Part shown: one piece after another, positions 18,902 through 26,914 of the stretch
Position numbering within the stretch: the stretch's first letter is position 1
Layout: every line of letters starts with the position of its first letter
Origin: Acidobacteriota bacterium
GTDB lineage: Bacteria > Acidobacteriota > Vicinamibacteria > Vicinamibacterales > JAKQTR01
NCBI GenBank assembly: GCA_026393755.1
Contig: JAPKZO010000040.1
Coordinates: forward strand, 231,968 to 295,967
Length of the DNA stretch: 64,000 bases
Direction of reading: 5' to 3'
Made by a program: the position numbers and the translations under genes
The notes under the pieces: generated by a model
What the model saw: only the letters and a program-made list of their open reading frames with translations
Databases searched by the model: none
What the model was told of the DNA's origin: nothing

Positions 18902-19771
18902 CTACCGCGGCCGGCGATGAGCGGCGAGGTGTGAAGGCTGGCGGGGATGGATGCCCTTGATCGTCCCGACCTGCGCGCCGGTGTCGACCCGTCGAGTGGA
19001 TCGCTCCAGGAACTGGCGCGTCTCAAGATCGGCGTCGGTGTAGAAGCGCTGGTGCTGTCGGCCATCGAGCGGCACGACATGGGTGGCGCGCGGCAGGCGT
19101 GGCTGCTCAATCACCGGTTCCCGAAAGCGCTGGGGAAACGACGGAAACGCGCGGAACGTCTCGGCGGCGACGGCTCCATGGAGCCTCGTGAGTTCGTCAA
19201 AGCGATGCGTCAGGAATTCAGAGATGGCCGGGTCGGGCCGGCTGTCCAGGTACTCACGCACCATCTGCGACACGTCCCGAAAAAACTGCGCCGTGTGCGT
19301 CTGCGCCGAGGGCCGGCCGTCCGATCGGGTCGACGCCCGAATCCCTCCGCCGTGCGGATCGACGTGATACAGCTCGTGAATGATCGTGTCGAGCTTCGCG
19401 TTCCAGTCGGAGCCGTGGGGATAGGCATCCTGCTTGGCTGAGCCTGCCAGCGTCTGGTCGCAGAATCGCGGCAGCGAAAGCGAAATCAGATGCGTGACGC
19501 GCCGGCCGCCCACTCTCACGTGCGGCGACCGCGTAATGAACCACTCCGAGCGCCGCGTCAGACGTCCGGTGCGCCGGTCGCGCCAGAAGTAGTACGCCGC
19601 CTCGCTGTCGGGCAGCATGAGGCTGTGACAGGTGGCATAGGCGCCGTGGGTGTCTGTGCGCCCCAACCGGGCGAAGACCAGCACGTCGCGGATGTCGATG
19701 GCCGCGAGCGCCGGCACGCGGGAAACGATGTCCTCCATGAGTCGGTGGACATGGGCTGTGTAATTGATCAT
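18902..19771 (-). CDS. hypothetical protein with HExxH motif (putative zinc metallopeptidase)
   Basis: 289 aa with no signal peptide. A single HExxH (LDTIIHELYHVDPHGGG) lies in an otherwise unrecognised sequence. G/C third-position bias supports coding. Confidence 0.6.
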   Translation of the reverse strand: MINYTAHVHRLMEDIVSRVPALAAIDIRDVLVFARLGRTDTHGAYATCHSLMLPDSEAAYYFWRDRRTGRLTRRSEWFITRSPHVRVGGRRVTHLISLSLPRFCDQTLAGSAKQDAYPHGSDWNAKLDTIIHELYHVDPHGGGIRASTRSDGRPSAQTHTAQFFRDVSQMVREYLDSRPDPAISEFLTHRFDELTRLHGAVAAETFRAFPSFPQRFREPVIEQPRLPRATHVVPLDGRQHQRFYTDADLETRQFLERSTRRVDTGAQVGTIKGIHPRQPSHLAAHRRPR

Positions 19772-19829
19772 GCGAACTGGACAATCCCGGGAGACGCCCG
19801 ATCACTCCGCGTCACGCTTTAAGATGACC

Positions 19830-19887
19830 GGTTTCAAGACCCGTGCTAGCGGTCGAGAAACAGGCCGCTCACGCAGGTCTTGAAACC
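19830..19887. repeat. 58-nt long-stem hairpin (23 paired positions) in the intergenic region
   Basis: GGTTTCAAGACC/GGTCTTGAAACC (12 bp), CGTG/CACG (4 bp) and AGCGGTC/GGCCGCT (7 bp, one G-U). Two 2-nt bulges and the loop GAGAAACA. No second copy in the window. Confidence 0.7.
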
Positions 19888-19946
19888 GTCTCTAGTTCAT
19901 GTCGGCTGTCCAGCTGCCGCGCATTAGGCTGGCAGGCCAGTGGGAT

Positions 19947-20753
19947 TCAGGTTCTCGGCGGCGGAGGGGGGCCCGGCTGGTCGGCCGGCGGGGGCGCCAC
20001 GGCCCCCATGCGGGACAGGATGAGTTGCTGGCGCTGCCGCAGAAACGGGGTCGGCCGCGCGGGATCGTACTGGCGGGGATTGAAGATCATCGATGCCAGC
20101 ATCGCCGCCTGTTCGGGTCCGAGCGCGGAGGCCGGAATCCCGAAATAGTGGCGAGCCGCCGCCTCAACGCCGTAGATCCCGTCACCCCACTCGATGACAT
20201 TCAGATAGATCTCGAAGATCCGCCGTTTTGACAGCTCAGCTTCCAGCCGGCGCGCGATCAGGAACTCGCTGAACTTGCGCACGGGGTTCTTCGACGGCGA
20301 CAGATAGAGGTTCTTGGCCAGTTGCTGGGTGATCGTGCTGCCCCCGCGCAGAAACTGACCCTTCTTCCAGTTCAATTCAAACGACTTCTCCAGTTCGTCG
20401 AAATCAATGCCCTCGTGCCCGAAGAAGGCGGCGTCTTCGGTCACCAGCACCGCGCGTTTCACAGCCGACGAGATCTGTTCGTACGGCACCCAGGTCTGCA
20501 CGCGCCGCGGCTTCTTTCCCGCACGCTCGGCCTCGCGCATGCGCAACTCGATAAAGGCGGTGGTCGGCGGGTTGACCCGGCGGAGTGATCGGATGTCCGG
20601 CAGTGTGAGGTAGACATAGGCCGCGCAGCCGAATCCGACTGCCGCGAGCACGACAATCCCGGTGAACAGCTTCCGGATCACCTGCGCCTCACGCCCGCGC
20701 CGCGAAAAAGGGGCCTGGCCCCATTTCCTGTCACCGACCCTTCTGAGCGCCAA
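19947..20753 (-). CDS. mtgA: monofunctional biosynthetic peptidoglycan transglycosylase (GT51)
   Basis: GT51 motifs VLVTEDAAFFGHEGID, RGGSTITQQLAKN, RRIFEIYLNVIEWG. The start is uncertain: TTG 20753 overlaps the upstream gene by 23 nt, and GTG 20681 has GAGG 5 nt upstream. Confidence 0.9.
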   Translation of the reverse strand: MALRRVGDRKWGQAPFSRRGREAQVIRKLFTGIVVLAAVGFGCAAYVYLTLPDIRSLRRVNPPTTAFIELRMREAERAGKKPRRVQTWVPYEQISSAVKRAVLVTEDAAFFGHEGIDFDELEKSFELNWKKGQFLRGGSTITQQLAKNLYLSPSKNPVRKFSEFLIARRLEAELSKRRIFEIYLNVIEWGDGIYGVEAAARHYFGIPASALGPEQAAMLASMIFNPRQYDPARPTPFLRQRQQLILSRMGAVAPPPADQPGPPPPPRT

Positions 20754-21837
20754 GCACGGACTCCAGCGCCCCCAGGAACAACAGAATGATTGCGGGGGTC
20801 GAACTGGCGCCCATCAGGCCAACCCGCCAAATCCTGCCAGCAAGCGGCCCGAGGCCCGCACCCACTTCGATGTCAAATTGCTGCAGCATCTTCGTGCGCA
20901 CCGCCGCCTCGTCCACGCCGTCTGGTACCCGAACCGCGTTCAGCGTCCACAGCCGTTCGGGCTCGGGCGGCAGCAGCGAAAGACCCAGCGTGTTGAGGCC
21001 GGCCGCCAGGACATTGTGGTTCTCGCGGTGCCGGCGCCACCGCGCCTCGAGCCCTTCCTCTTCGACCATCAGCAGCGCTTCGCGCAGCGCGTAGACGAGC
21101 GACGCACAGATCGTGTGATGGTACTTGCGGCGCAGCCAGTAGTCCTCGAGCAGTGTGAGATCGAAATAGAAGCTGCGCGCCTTGACCCTTCGCTCCAGCG
21201 CAGCGGGCGAGAACACGATCGGCGCGATGCCGGATGGCGCACCGATGCATTTTTGCGCACAGCTGTAGCAGGCACCAATGCCCCACTTCTCCACGTCGAG
21301 CGGGTGGCCACCAAGCGAGGTGACGGCATCGACGATGACCAGCGCGCCGGACTCGCGGGCAATGGCCGCGACCTGTTCGACCGGATTGAGCACGCCGGTC
21401 GACGTTTCGGCGTGCACGATGGTGACGATGTCGGCGCCCCGCTCCTTGAGAGCGCGCCGCACGGCCTCGGGGTCAACGGCGCGGCCCCACTCGTGCTCGA
21501 GCCGCGTCACCTGGCCGCCATATCGCTGGCACATGCCGGCGATGCGATCGGCAAAGTAGCCTCCCACCACCGACAGGACGCGCGTCGTGTCACCGACCAG
21601 GTTCGCGACGGCCATCTCCATCGCCGACGTCCCGGTGCCGGAGACCGCGAAAGCAAACGACCCGGCGGGCGCGCGGAAGACCTGCGCAAGCTGCCCGCGC
21701 ATGGCGTCCATCATGCCCATCAATTCAGGATCGAGATGGCTCAGGACCGGAGCGGCCATCGCGCGCATCACCCGCGGCGACACCATGCTCGGGCCGGGGC
21801 CAAGGAGAATTCTTTCAGACTCGGGAAGGAAGATCAT
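20731..21837 (-). CDS. class-V aminotransferase (alanine-glyoxylate / serine-pyruvate aminotransferase-like)
   Basis: 368 aa. ILLGPGPSMVSPRVMRAM N-terminus, SGTGTSAMEMA, and a CYSCAQKCIGAPSG segment containing the expected PLP lysine. The ATG overlaps the upstream TGA (ATGA). Confidence 0.88.
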   Translation of the reverse strand: MIFLPESERILLGPGPSMVSPRVMRAMAAPVLSHLDPELMGMMDAMRGQLAQVFRAPAGSFAFAVSGTGTSAMEMAVANLVGDTTRVLSVVGGYFADRIAGMCQRYGGQVTRLEHEWGRAVDPEAVRRALKERGADIVTIVHAETSTGVLNPVEQVAAIARESGALVIVDAVTSLGGHPLDVEKWGIGACYSCAQKCIGAPSGIAPIVFSPAALERRVKARSFYFDLTLLEDYWLRRKYHHTICASLVYALREALLMVEEEGLEARWRRHRENHNVLAAGLNTLGLSLLPPEPERLWTLNAVRVPDGVDEAAVRTKMLQQFDIEVGAGLGPLAGRIWRVGLMGASSTPAIILLFLGALESVLGAQKGR

Positions 21838-22727
21838 ATTGCCACCAGCTCGTCGTACAGTTTGCGCAGCACCGCGATAGCCTCGGGCTTGACTGGCCGC
21901 AGCGGCATGCGCGGCGCGCCCCCGACGTACCCAGCCATCCCCATCGTCGCCTTCAGCCCCGCGATCCCGTAGGTGCCGGTGACCGCAACGGCGAGCGGCG
22001 TCAACCGCCGCTGCAGCGCCCGCGCCTCGTCGTGGCGGCCGGCGCGGACCAGATCGTACAGCTTCACGCAGACATCCGGAACCACGTTGGCCACGGCGAT
22101 GATCGCGCCGGCGGCGCCCATCATCATCGCCGGATAGAGCGTGCCAGCCGATCCGACCAGCAGCGGAAAGTCCGGCGGCACGCGGGCCACGATCGCGGCG
22201 GCCTGGCCCACGTCCCCGTTTGAGTCCTTCTGGCCGACGATGTTGGGATGCTCCGAGAGGGCCGCCACGGCATCCGGCGCCAGGTTGATGCCGGTGACGT
22301 TGGTGAAGTTGTAGAGCAGCACCGGCACCGGTGACTCGTCGGCGACGGCGCGGTAATGCGCGACGAGCGCCTCCTGCGTCATCTGGCTCTTGAAGTAGAA
22401 CGGCGTCAGCACGAGCACCGCGTCGGCTCCGGCCTTCGCCGCCCGTTTGGTGGCCGCCAGCGTCGCCCGCGTGGACTGGCGCCCCGTACCCGCGAGCAGT
22501 ACCCGATCGCGCGGCGTGTGCTCGCGCACGGTCGCCACGACGCGCTCGGCCTCATCCTCGTCGAGAAACGCCGCTTCGCCATTCGACCCGAGCACAAGCA
22601 ACCCGCCGAGACCCGTCTTCATCCAGCGCTTCGTGTTGTGCGCCAGACCGGCGATGTCGATCTCGTCATTCGCAAAAGGGGTGATGGCGGGCGGATAGAT
22701 GCCGTTCAGATTCATGGTTGCAGCCAA
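21834..22727 (-). CDS. dihydrodipicolinate synthase family lyase (DapA/HOGA-like)
   Basis: GIYPPAITPF, GLLVLGSNGEAAFL and LLYNFTNVTG motifs of the DHDPS/NAL family. TTG 22727 or ATG 22715 as start. No SD; a pyrimidine-rich leader instead. Confidence 0.85.
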   Translation of the reverse strand: MAATMNLNGIYPPAITPFANDEIDIAGLAHNTKRWMKTGLGGLLVLGSNGEAAFLDEDEAERVVATVREHTPRDRVLLAGTGRQSTRATLAATKRAAKAGADAVLVLTPFYFKSQMTQEALVAHYRAVADESPVPVLLYNFTNVTGINLAPDAVAALSEHPNIVGQKDSNGDVGQAAAIVARVPPDFPLLVGSAGTLYPAMMMGAAGAIIAVANVVPDVCVKLYDLVRAGRHDEARALQRRLTPLAVAVTGTYGIAGLKATMGMAGYVGGAPRMPLRPVKPEAIAVLRKLYDELVAI

Positions 22728-22836
22728 GAGAAGAAGTCGTCAGCAGTCGATAGTCGGTGGCATTCGTCGTTCGATAAGAAGCAAGAATACCGCATCGTCT
22801 ACTCGTCGAACACACCACGGCAAGACGCCGACCGGA

Positions 22837-23835
22837 TTAGGCGCCGTCAGAACGCGCGCCCAATCCTGGCACCGCACTGAATTCCGGCGTCTGGACGATG
22901 AGATTGACAGCCAGGACCACGGCGAAGATGGCAACCGCCGGAGCAAGCGTCCACGGCGCGTCCGCAATGGCGGCGATCGTGGCGGCTTCCTGGAGCATCG
23001 ATCCCCAGCTGGCGTCAGGATCCGGAAACCCGAGACCCACGTACGAGAGTGTGGCTTCGGCGAGAATGAAGCCGGGCAACAGCAATGTCGCCTGTGTCGC
23101 GAGGTACCCTCGTGCGGCGGGCAGGAGGTGCCGCACGAGCAGCCGCCATCGGCCCATACCCAGCGAGCGCGCGGCCTGTGCATAGTCGCGATCGCGTTCG
23201 GCGGCCACGATCGCGCGGACACCGCGCGCGACGAGCGGCCAGCCGACAACCGCCATAATGCCAGCCACCAGCGCAAAGACGGCAGGCGTCTCCAGCACCA
23301 GCGGCATCGCCGCCCTCAGCGCCAACACCACATACATCGCGGGCAGTACGACGACGAAATCCGACAGACGCATCAGCCCGTCGTCTACCAGCCCGCCCGA
23401 CACTCCGGCCGCGCCGCCGACCAGCGTGCCGATCAGCAGGGCGCCGAGCGTGGCGACCAGCGCGACGCCCAGCGACAGCCGCGCGCCGTAAGCGAGTCGC
23501 GCGAACACGTCGCGCCCGGACCCGTCAGCGCCGAGCGGCAGCCACGGTGCTCCGTCCTCGGAAGACGCGTCGACGATCACACCCCCGGAGAACCATCGCA
23601 GAGGGACGGGATGCGCGCGGTCTTCCTCATATCGGCGTTCGAGCCGGTCGGCCAGTTGCACCGGATAGACGAACGGCGCGTGCCAGCGCCCGTCGGCATC
23701 GAGGATGTGAGGCCTCATCGGCGGCGCGTAGAGACGGTCGACGAAACGCTGGCCGGGCGTGTGAGGTGTCAGAAGCGGAGCGGCCAGCGCGAGGAGCGCC
23801 ACGCCGATGAGCAGGCCCCAGCCGACGCGCCTCAT
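22837..23835 (-). CDS. ABC transporter permease, DppC/OppC-like
   Basis: Start ATG 23835 (MRRVGWGLLIGVALLALAAP) overlaps the upstream TGA (ATGA). Has the binding-protein-dependent permease core. The rest of track ORF 22837-24606 is an Arg/Ala/Gly artefact. Confidence 0.88.
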   Translation of the reverse strand: MRRVGWGLLIGVALLALAAPLLTPHTPGQRFVDRLYAPPMRPHILDADGRWHAPFVYPVQLADRLERRYEEDRAHPVPLRWFSGGVIVDASSEDGAPWLPLGADGSGRDVFARLAYGARLSLGVALVATLGALLIGTLVGGAAGVSGGLVDDGLMRLSDFVVVLPAMYVVLALRAAMPLVLETPAVFALVAGIMAVVGWPLVARGVRAIVAAERDRDYAQAARSLGMGRWRLLVRHLLPAARGYLATQATLLLPGFILAEATLSYVGLGFPDPDASWGSMLQEAATIAAIADAPWTLAPAVAIFAVVLAVNLIVQTPEFSAVPGLGARSDGA

Positions 23836-24806
23836 GATCGGGCCTCGGTCGACCCACGCAGCCGCGGGTCGACGATGGCGAGGGCGAGATCGGACAGCAG
23901 GCCACCCAGCGCGAGAAACGCCCCGCCGGCGGCCGCGCATCCGGCTACCAGGTACAGGTCGCGCGATCGGAGCGCATCGAACATCAGGCGGCCGAGCCCC
24001 GGCCACGACGTGACGATTTCGACCACGAACGATCCGCTGAGAAGGCTGCCGAAGATGAGGCCGTAGATCGCCGTCACCGGCCGCAGGGCCGGTTTGAGGG
24101 CACTCCGCCACAGGACGCGCGAGGCGGGCACGCCGCGAGCAAGCGCGGCCAGTACAAACGGTTCCCGAAGCGTGTCCGCGACGGCGCGCGCCTGCAGGCG
24201 CTCGATCGTGGCGGCAAGCGGCAGAGTGAGTGCGGCGGCCGGCACCACGAGGTGGCGCGCCAGGTCCACGACGGCGGCGAACCATCCGCCCGCGCCTGGC
24301 TCCAGGGCAGTCATGCCGCCGGTCGGCAGCCAGCCGGTGCGCGCTGCCACGAAGACCAGCAACAGCGAACTGACCAGCGACGGCAGCGAGAGCGCCAGCA
24401 CCGAACCCGATCTGACCAGCGCCGACACCATCCCGCTCCGGCTCCCCGCGAGGACGCCGAGCGGCAGCCCGATCAGGGTGGCAGCCAGCAGCGCGACCAC
24501 CGCCAGCAGCGCGGTGTTGCGGGCGCGTTCGGCCACCAGCCCCGCCACTGGACGCCCGTACATCAGCGACGTCCCGAAATCCAGTTGCACGGCCCGGCCC
24601 AGCCATTCGAGGTATTGCACGGCCAACGGCCGATCCAGCCCGAGCCGCAGCCGATCGGCAGCCAGCGTCTTCCCGGAGACGCCGGTGCCCACCTGTTCCG
24701 TCGTAATATCACCGGGAGCCATCCTGGTCAGGACCAGCGCCGAGGAGGCCACCACCAGGACGAGGAGCAGCGAGAACGCAATGCGCCTTGCGAGATACCG
24801 TGCCAC
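23832..24806 (-). CDS. ABC transporter permease, DppB/OppB-like
   Basis: GTG 24806 (VARYLARRIAFSLLLVLVV) is the typical N-terminus. DYLRTARAKG-like region (EPFVLAALARGVPASRVLWRSALKPAL). The track ORF is over-extended upstream. Confidence 0.85.
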   Translation of the reverse strand: MARYLARRIAFSLLLVLVVASSALVLTRMAPGDITTEQVGTGVSGKTLAADRLRLGLDRPLAVQYLEWLGRAVQLDFGTSLMYGRPVAGLVAERARNTALLAVVALLAATLIGLPLGVLAGSRSGMVSALVRSGSVLALSLPSLVSSLLLVFVAARTGWLPTGGMTALEPGAGGWFAAVVDLARHLVVPAAALTLPLAATIERLQARAVADTLREPFVLAALARGVPASRVLWRSALKPALRPVTAIYGLIFGSLLSGSFVVEIVTSWPGLGRLMFDALRSRDLYLVAGCAAAGGAFLALGGLLSDLALAIVDPRLRGSTEARS

Positions 24807-24908
24807 GGCCGTATTCTTGCACGGCTGGCGTCGAGGAGACGCGCCTGTTTTTCTTTCGAAATCGGACGTCGAACCCGGCCCGCTCCGAGGTAACGTTAGA
24901 CAGACTTC

Positions 24909-26738
24909 ATGGCATCCGACCAGAATCTGCTCTCCGACCGACCCTCCGCGGCTCGCGCACTGCTGCACGACCATCTGGTGCAATTGGCCGCGTGGGTAGT
25001 CGCTGTCGAGGTCGCGATCTACGGCGTCCCGCTGCTCGCTCCGGCGGCGCTGGCCGGCTTGGGCGTTTCCGGCGTTCAGATCCCGTTTGTCGCCATTGCG
25101 GCCGCGGCTGCCTTCTACGCTCTCACGCGCATCGACGACCCCAACGAGCGACGATTCTGGCTGACGCTCGGCGCGGGAAGCCTGTGCTGGCTGGTGACCG
25201 TCACGCTCGTCACGGCGTCCCAAGGCGTCGGGGGCAGCCCGATCCGTGATGCGATGGTGGCAGCCGGCTACGTGTGCTTCTATGTCCCGTTCCTGCTGGC
25301 CGCCGAGCGGCTGCCGCACCGGCCGCAAGGCTCCGAATCCCGGCTGACCGCTCGCTGGCTCAACTGGTCCGGCCTGGTGCTGTGGAGCATCGGCTGGTTC
25401 GTGTATTTCATCGTCGTGCCCATCGCGATTGATTCGACGTGGCCGGCTGGGCGGCTGAGGGCTGCCCCGCTGTTCGTCGTACTCGACGTGATCATCGCGG
25501 CCCGATTCGCGAGCCTGGCCGTCGAATGCCGATCGCCGCGCTGGACCTGGATCTACGGCGGGATCGCAGCGGCCTTCGGTGCCTTGCTGGTAACCAACCT
25601 GATCGACGTGTTGATCGTGAAGGGTTTGGTGACGCTGCCAAACGGCTCAGGGATCGGCGTAATGTGGAGCGTGCCTCCACTGTGTCTGCTGGTAGCGTTC
25701 AGGCTGCGGCAGGTGCAATGGGGACCGATCCGCCCTGCGGCGGCAGAACACGCGGCCGCACGCGACCGAGAGCCGGCGGCGGTGGCCTTCCGGCTGATCG
25801 CGCTCGCTGCCTGCTTTCCGCTCGTGCACGCCGCGTTGCACGAGACGGGCGCACTGACGGCGACGGCTGAGGCCACCCAGAATGTCGTGGCGCTGGCGGC
25901 GATGGCGCTGCTCGGCGGGACCAGCATCGTCGCGTACCGGTCTCTCGAACGGGAACGCGCTGCCGCCGAGCGAGCGCGGGCGGCATTCGAGGAACGCCTG
26001 CGCGAAGCCAGGAAGATGGAGGCCCTCGGCCGATTGTCGAGCGTGGTGACGCACGAGTTTCTCAACCTGCTCAACGCGATCGGCGGGTACATCGACCTCA
26101 CGCTCGACGATCTCGGCACTGACGATGTGCATGCCGACAACCTCCGTCGCGCTCATGACGTCGTCCGGCGCACGACCCTCTTCACGACGCGATTGCTGAT
26201 CCTGAGCCGGGGCCAGCCGTTTCATCCGGCGTCGATCGTTCTCGACAGGAAGGTGACGGAACTGCTGCCGGAGATTCGCGCGATCGTCAAGCCGCGGGCC
26301 GCGGTCGATGCTCCGCTCGGGTGCGGTGACGGCCGTGTCGCCATGTCGGCCGACTACCTGCGCGAGGTGCTGATGCCGCTCGCCACCAACGCTGGTGAGG
26401 CGATCGAGGGCAGCGGCAGACTGACGATTGAGACCGGGTGGGTGGATCTCGATCCGCTGGAGGCGATTGCGAAGGCCGTAAGGCCAGGACGTTACGGTCG
26501 AGTCGTCGTCCGCGACACGGGTGTCGGAATGCCGCGAGACGTCCTGGCTCACCTGTACGAACCGTTCTTCACCACCAAACCGAAACCGCGCAACCGCGGG
26601 CTGGGGTTGGCGACCGCCTACGTCGTCGTCACCCAGCATGGCGGGGCGATGGCGGTGACCAGCGAACTGGGCGTGGGCACCTGTGTGGAGGTCTTGATTC
26701 CCGCCGCACCAACGGCGGATCCCGCACACGTGCGCTAG
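24909..26738 (+). CDS. sensor histidine kinase with large polytopic N-terminal domain (no adjacent response regulator)
   Basis: About 300 aa of predicted TM helices, a coiled linker, an H-box (LSSVVTHEFLNLLNAIGGY), and an HATPase_c domain (GVGMP..LYEPFFTTK..GLGLA). Confidence 0.88.
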   Translation: MASDQNLLSDRPSAARALLHDHLVQLAAWVVAVEVAIYGVPLLAPAALAGLGVSGVQIPFVAIAAAAAFYALTRIDDPNERRFWLTLGAGSLCWLVTVTLVTASQGVGGSPIRDAMVAAGYVCFYVPFLLAAERLPHRPQGSESRLTARWLNWSGLVLWSIGWFVYFIVVPIAIDSTWPAGRLRAAPLFVVLDVIIAARFASLAVECRSPRWTWIYGGIAAAFGALLVTNLIDVLIVKGLVTLPNGSGIGVMWSVPPLCLLVAFRLRQVQWGPIRPAAAEHAAARDREPAAVAFRLIALAACFPLVHAALHETGALTATAEATQNVVALAAMALLGGTSIVAYRSLERERAAAERARAAFEERLREARKMEALGRLSSVVTHEFLNLLNAIGGYIDLTLDDLGTDDVHADNLRRAHDVVRRTTLFTTRLLILSRGQPFHPASIVLDRKVTELLPEIRAIVKPRAAVDAPLGCGDGRVAMSADYLREVLMPLATNAGEAIEGSGRLTIETGWVDLDPLEAIAKAVRPGRYGRVVVRDTGVGMPRDVLAHLYEPFFTTKPKPRNRGLGLATAYVVVTQHGGAMAVTSELGVGTCVEVLIPAAPTADPAHVR

Positions 26739-26914
26739 ACATTTGCGATATGGGAGCGCGGAGGCGGACCGCCCGGCCTACGCGCGTCTTTGTGGTGTTT
26801 CCAGGCTGTGGACAACTGAGCCGACCGCATCGTCTCTGCAGTAGAATCCGCGTCATCGCACACACCGCTACCCGATTCGGCGTCCGGGTTGGCGCCAGAC
26901 AGGAGGACAGGTCT

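Noticed and set aside
16625-19771. HNH endonuclease plus HExxH protein (and the distant VapBC) as a phage-defence island or prophage remnant.
   Set aside because: No integrase, phage structural genes, restriction-modification partners, ATPases or att-like repeats are present. The HNH protein is the small stand-alone housekeeping-type form. The flanking genes are ordinary envelope functions with the same composition.
22867-22882. Sigma-54-like element TGGCAC-N5-TGAAT on the plus strand.
   Set aside because: The -12 box is poor (TGAAT versus TTGCW). It lies inside the 3' end of a minus-strand permease gene, and the next plus-strand gene is 2 kb away.
24826-24862. Plus-strand terminator-like GGCGTCGAGGAGACGCGCC followed by TGTTTTTCTTTC in the permease/kinase divergent spacer.
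   Set aside because: The stem is imperfect and no plus-strand gene ends upstream of it. More likely it is part of the divergent promoter/UP-element region. It is not strong enough to call an sRNA or attenuator.
24909-26738. The histidine kinase plus the LytTR fragment (50346-50561) as a two-component system.
   Set aside because: The LytTR piece is 24 kb away, has no receiver domain or start codon, and is fused to unrelated fragments. The kinase is best described as an orphan within this window.
26438-26914. N-terminal extensions of track ORFs (26438 for the M16 peptidase, 1934 for speE-like, 22837-24606 and 23832-25328 for the permeases, 33265, 46456, 57885, 62431, 17431, 10928).
   Set aside because: The extensions overlap neighbouring genes or intergenic repeats and are Arg/Gly/Pro-rich. 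They precede an internal start that has an SD and/or a signal peptide or the conserved family N-terminus. Starts were moved accordingly.
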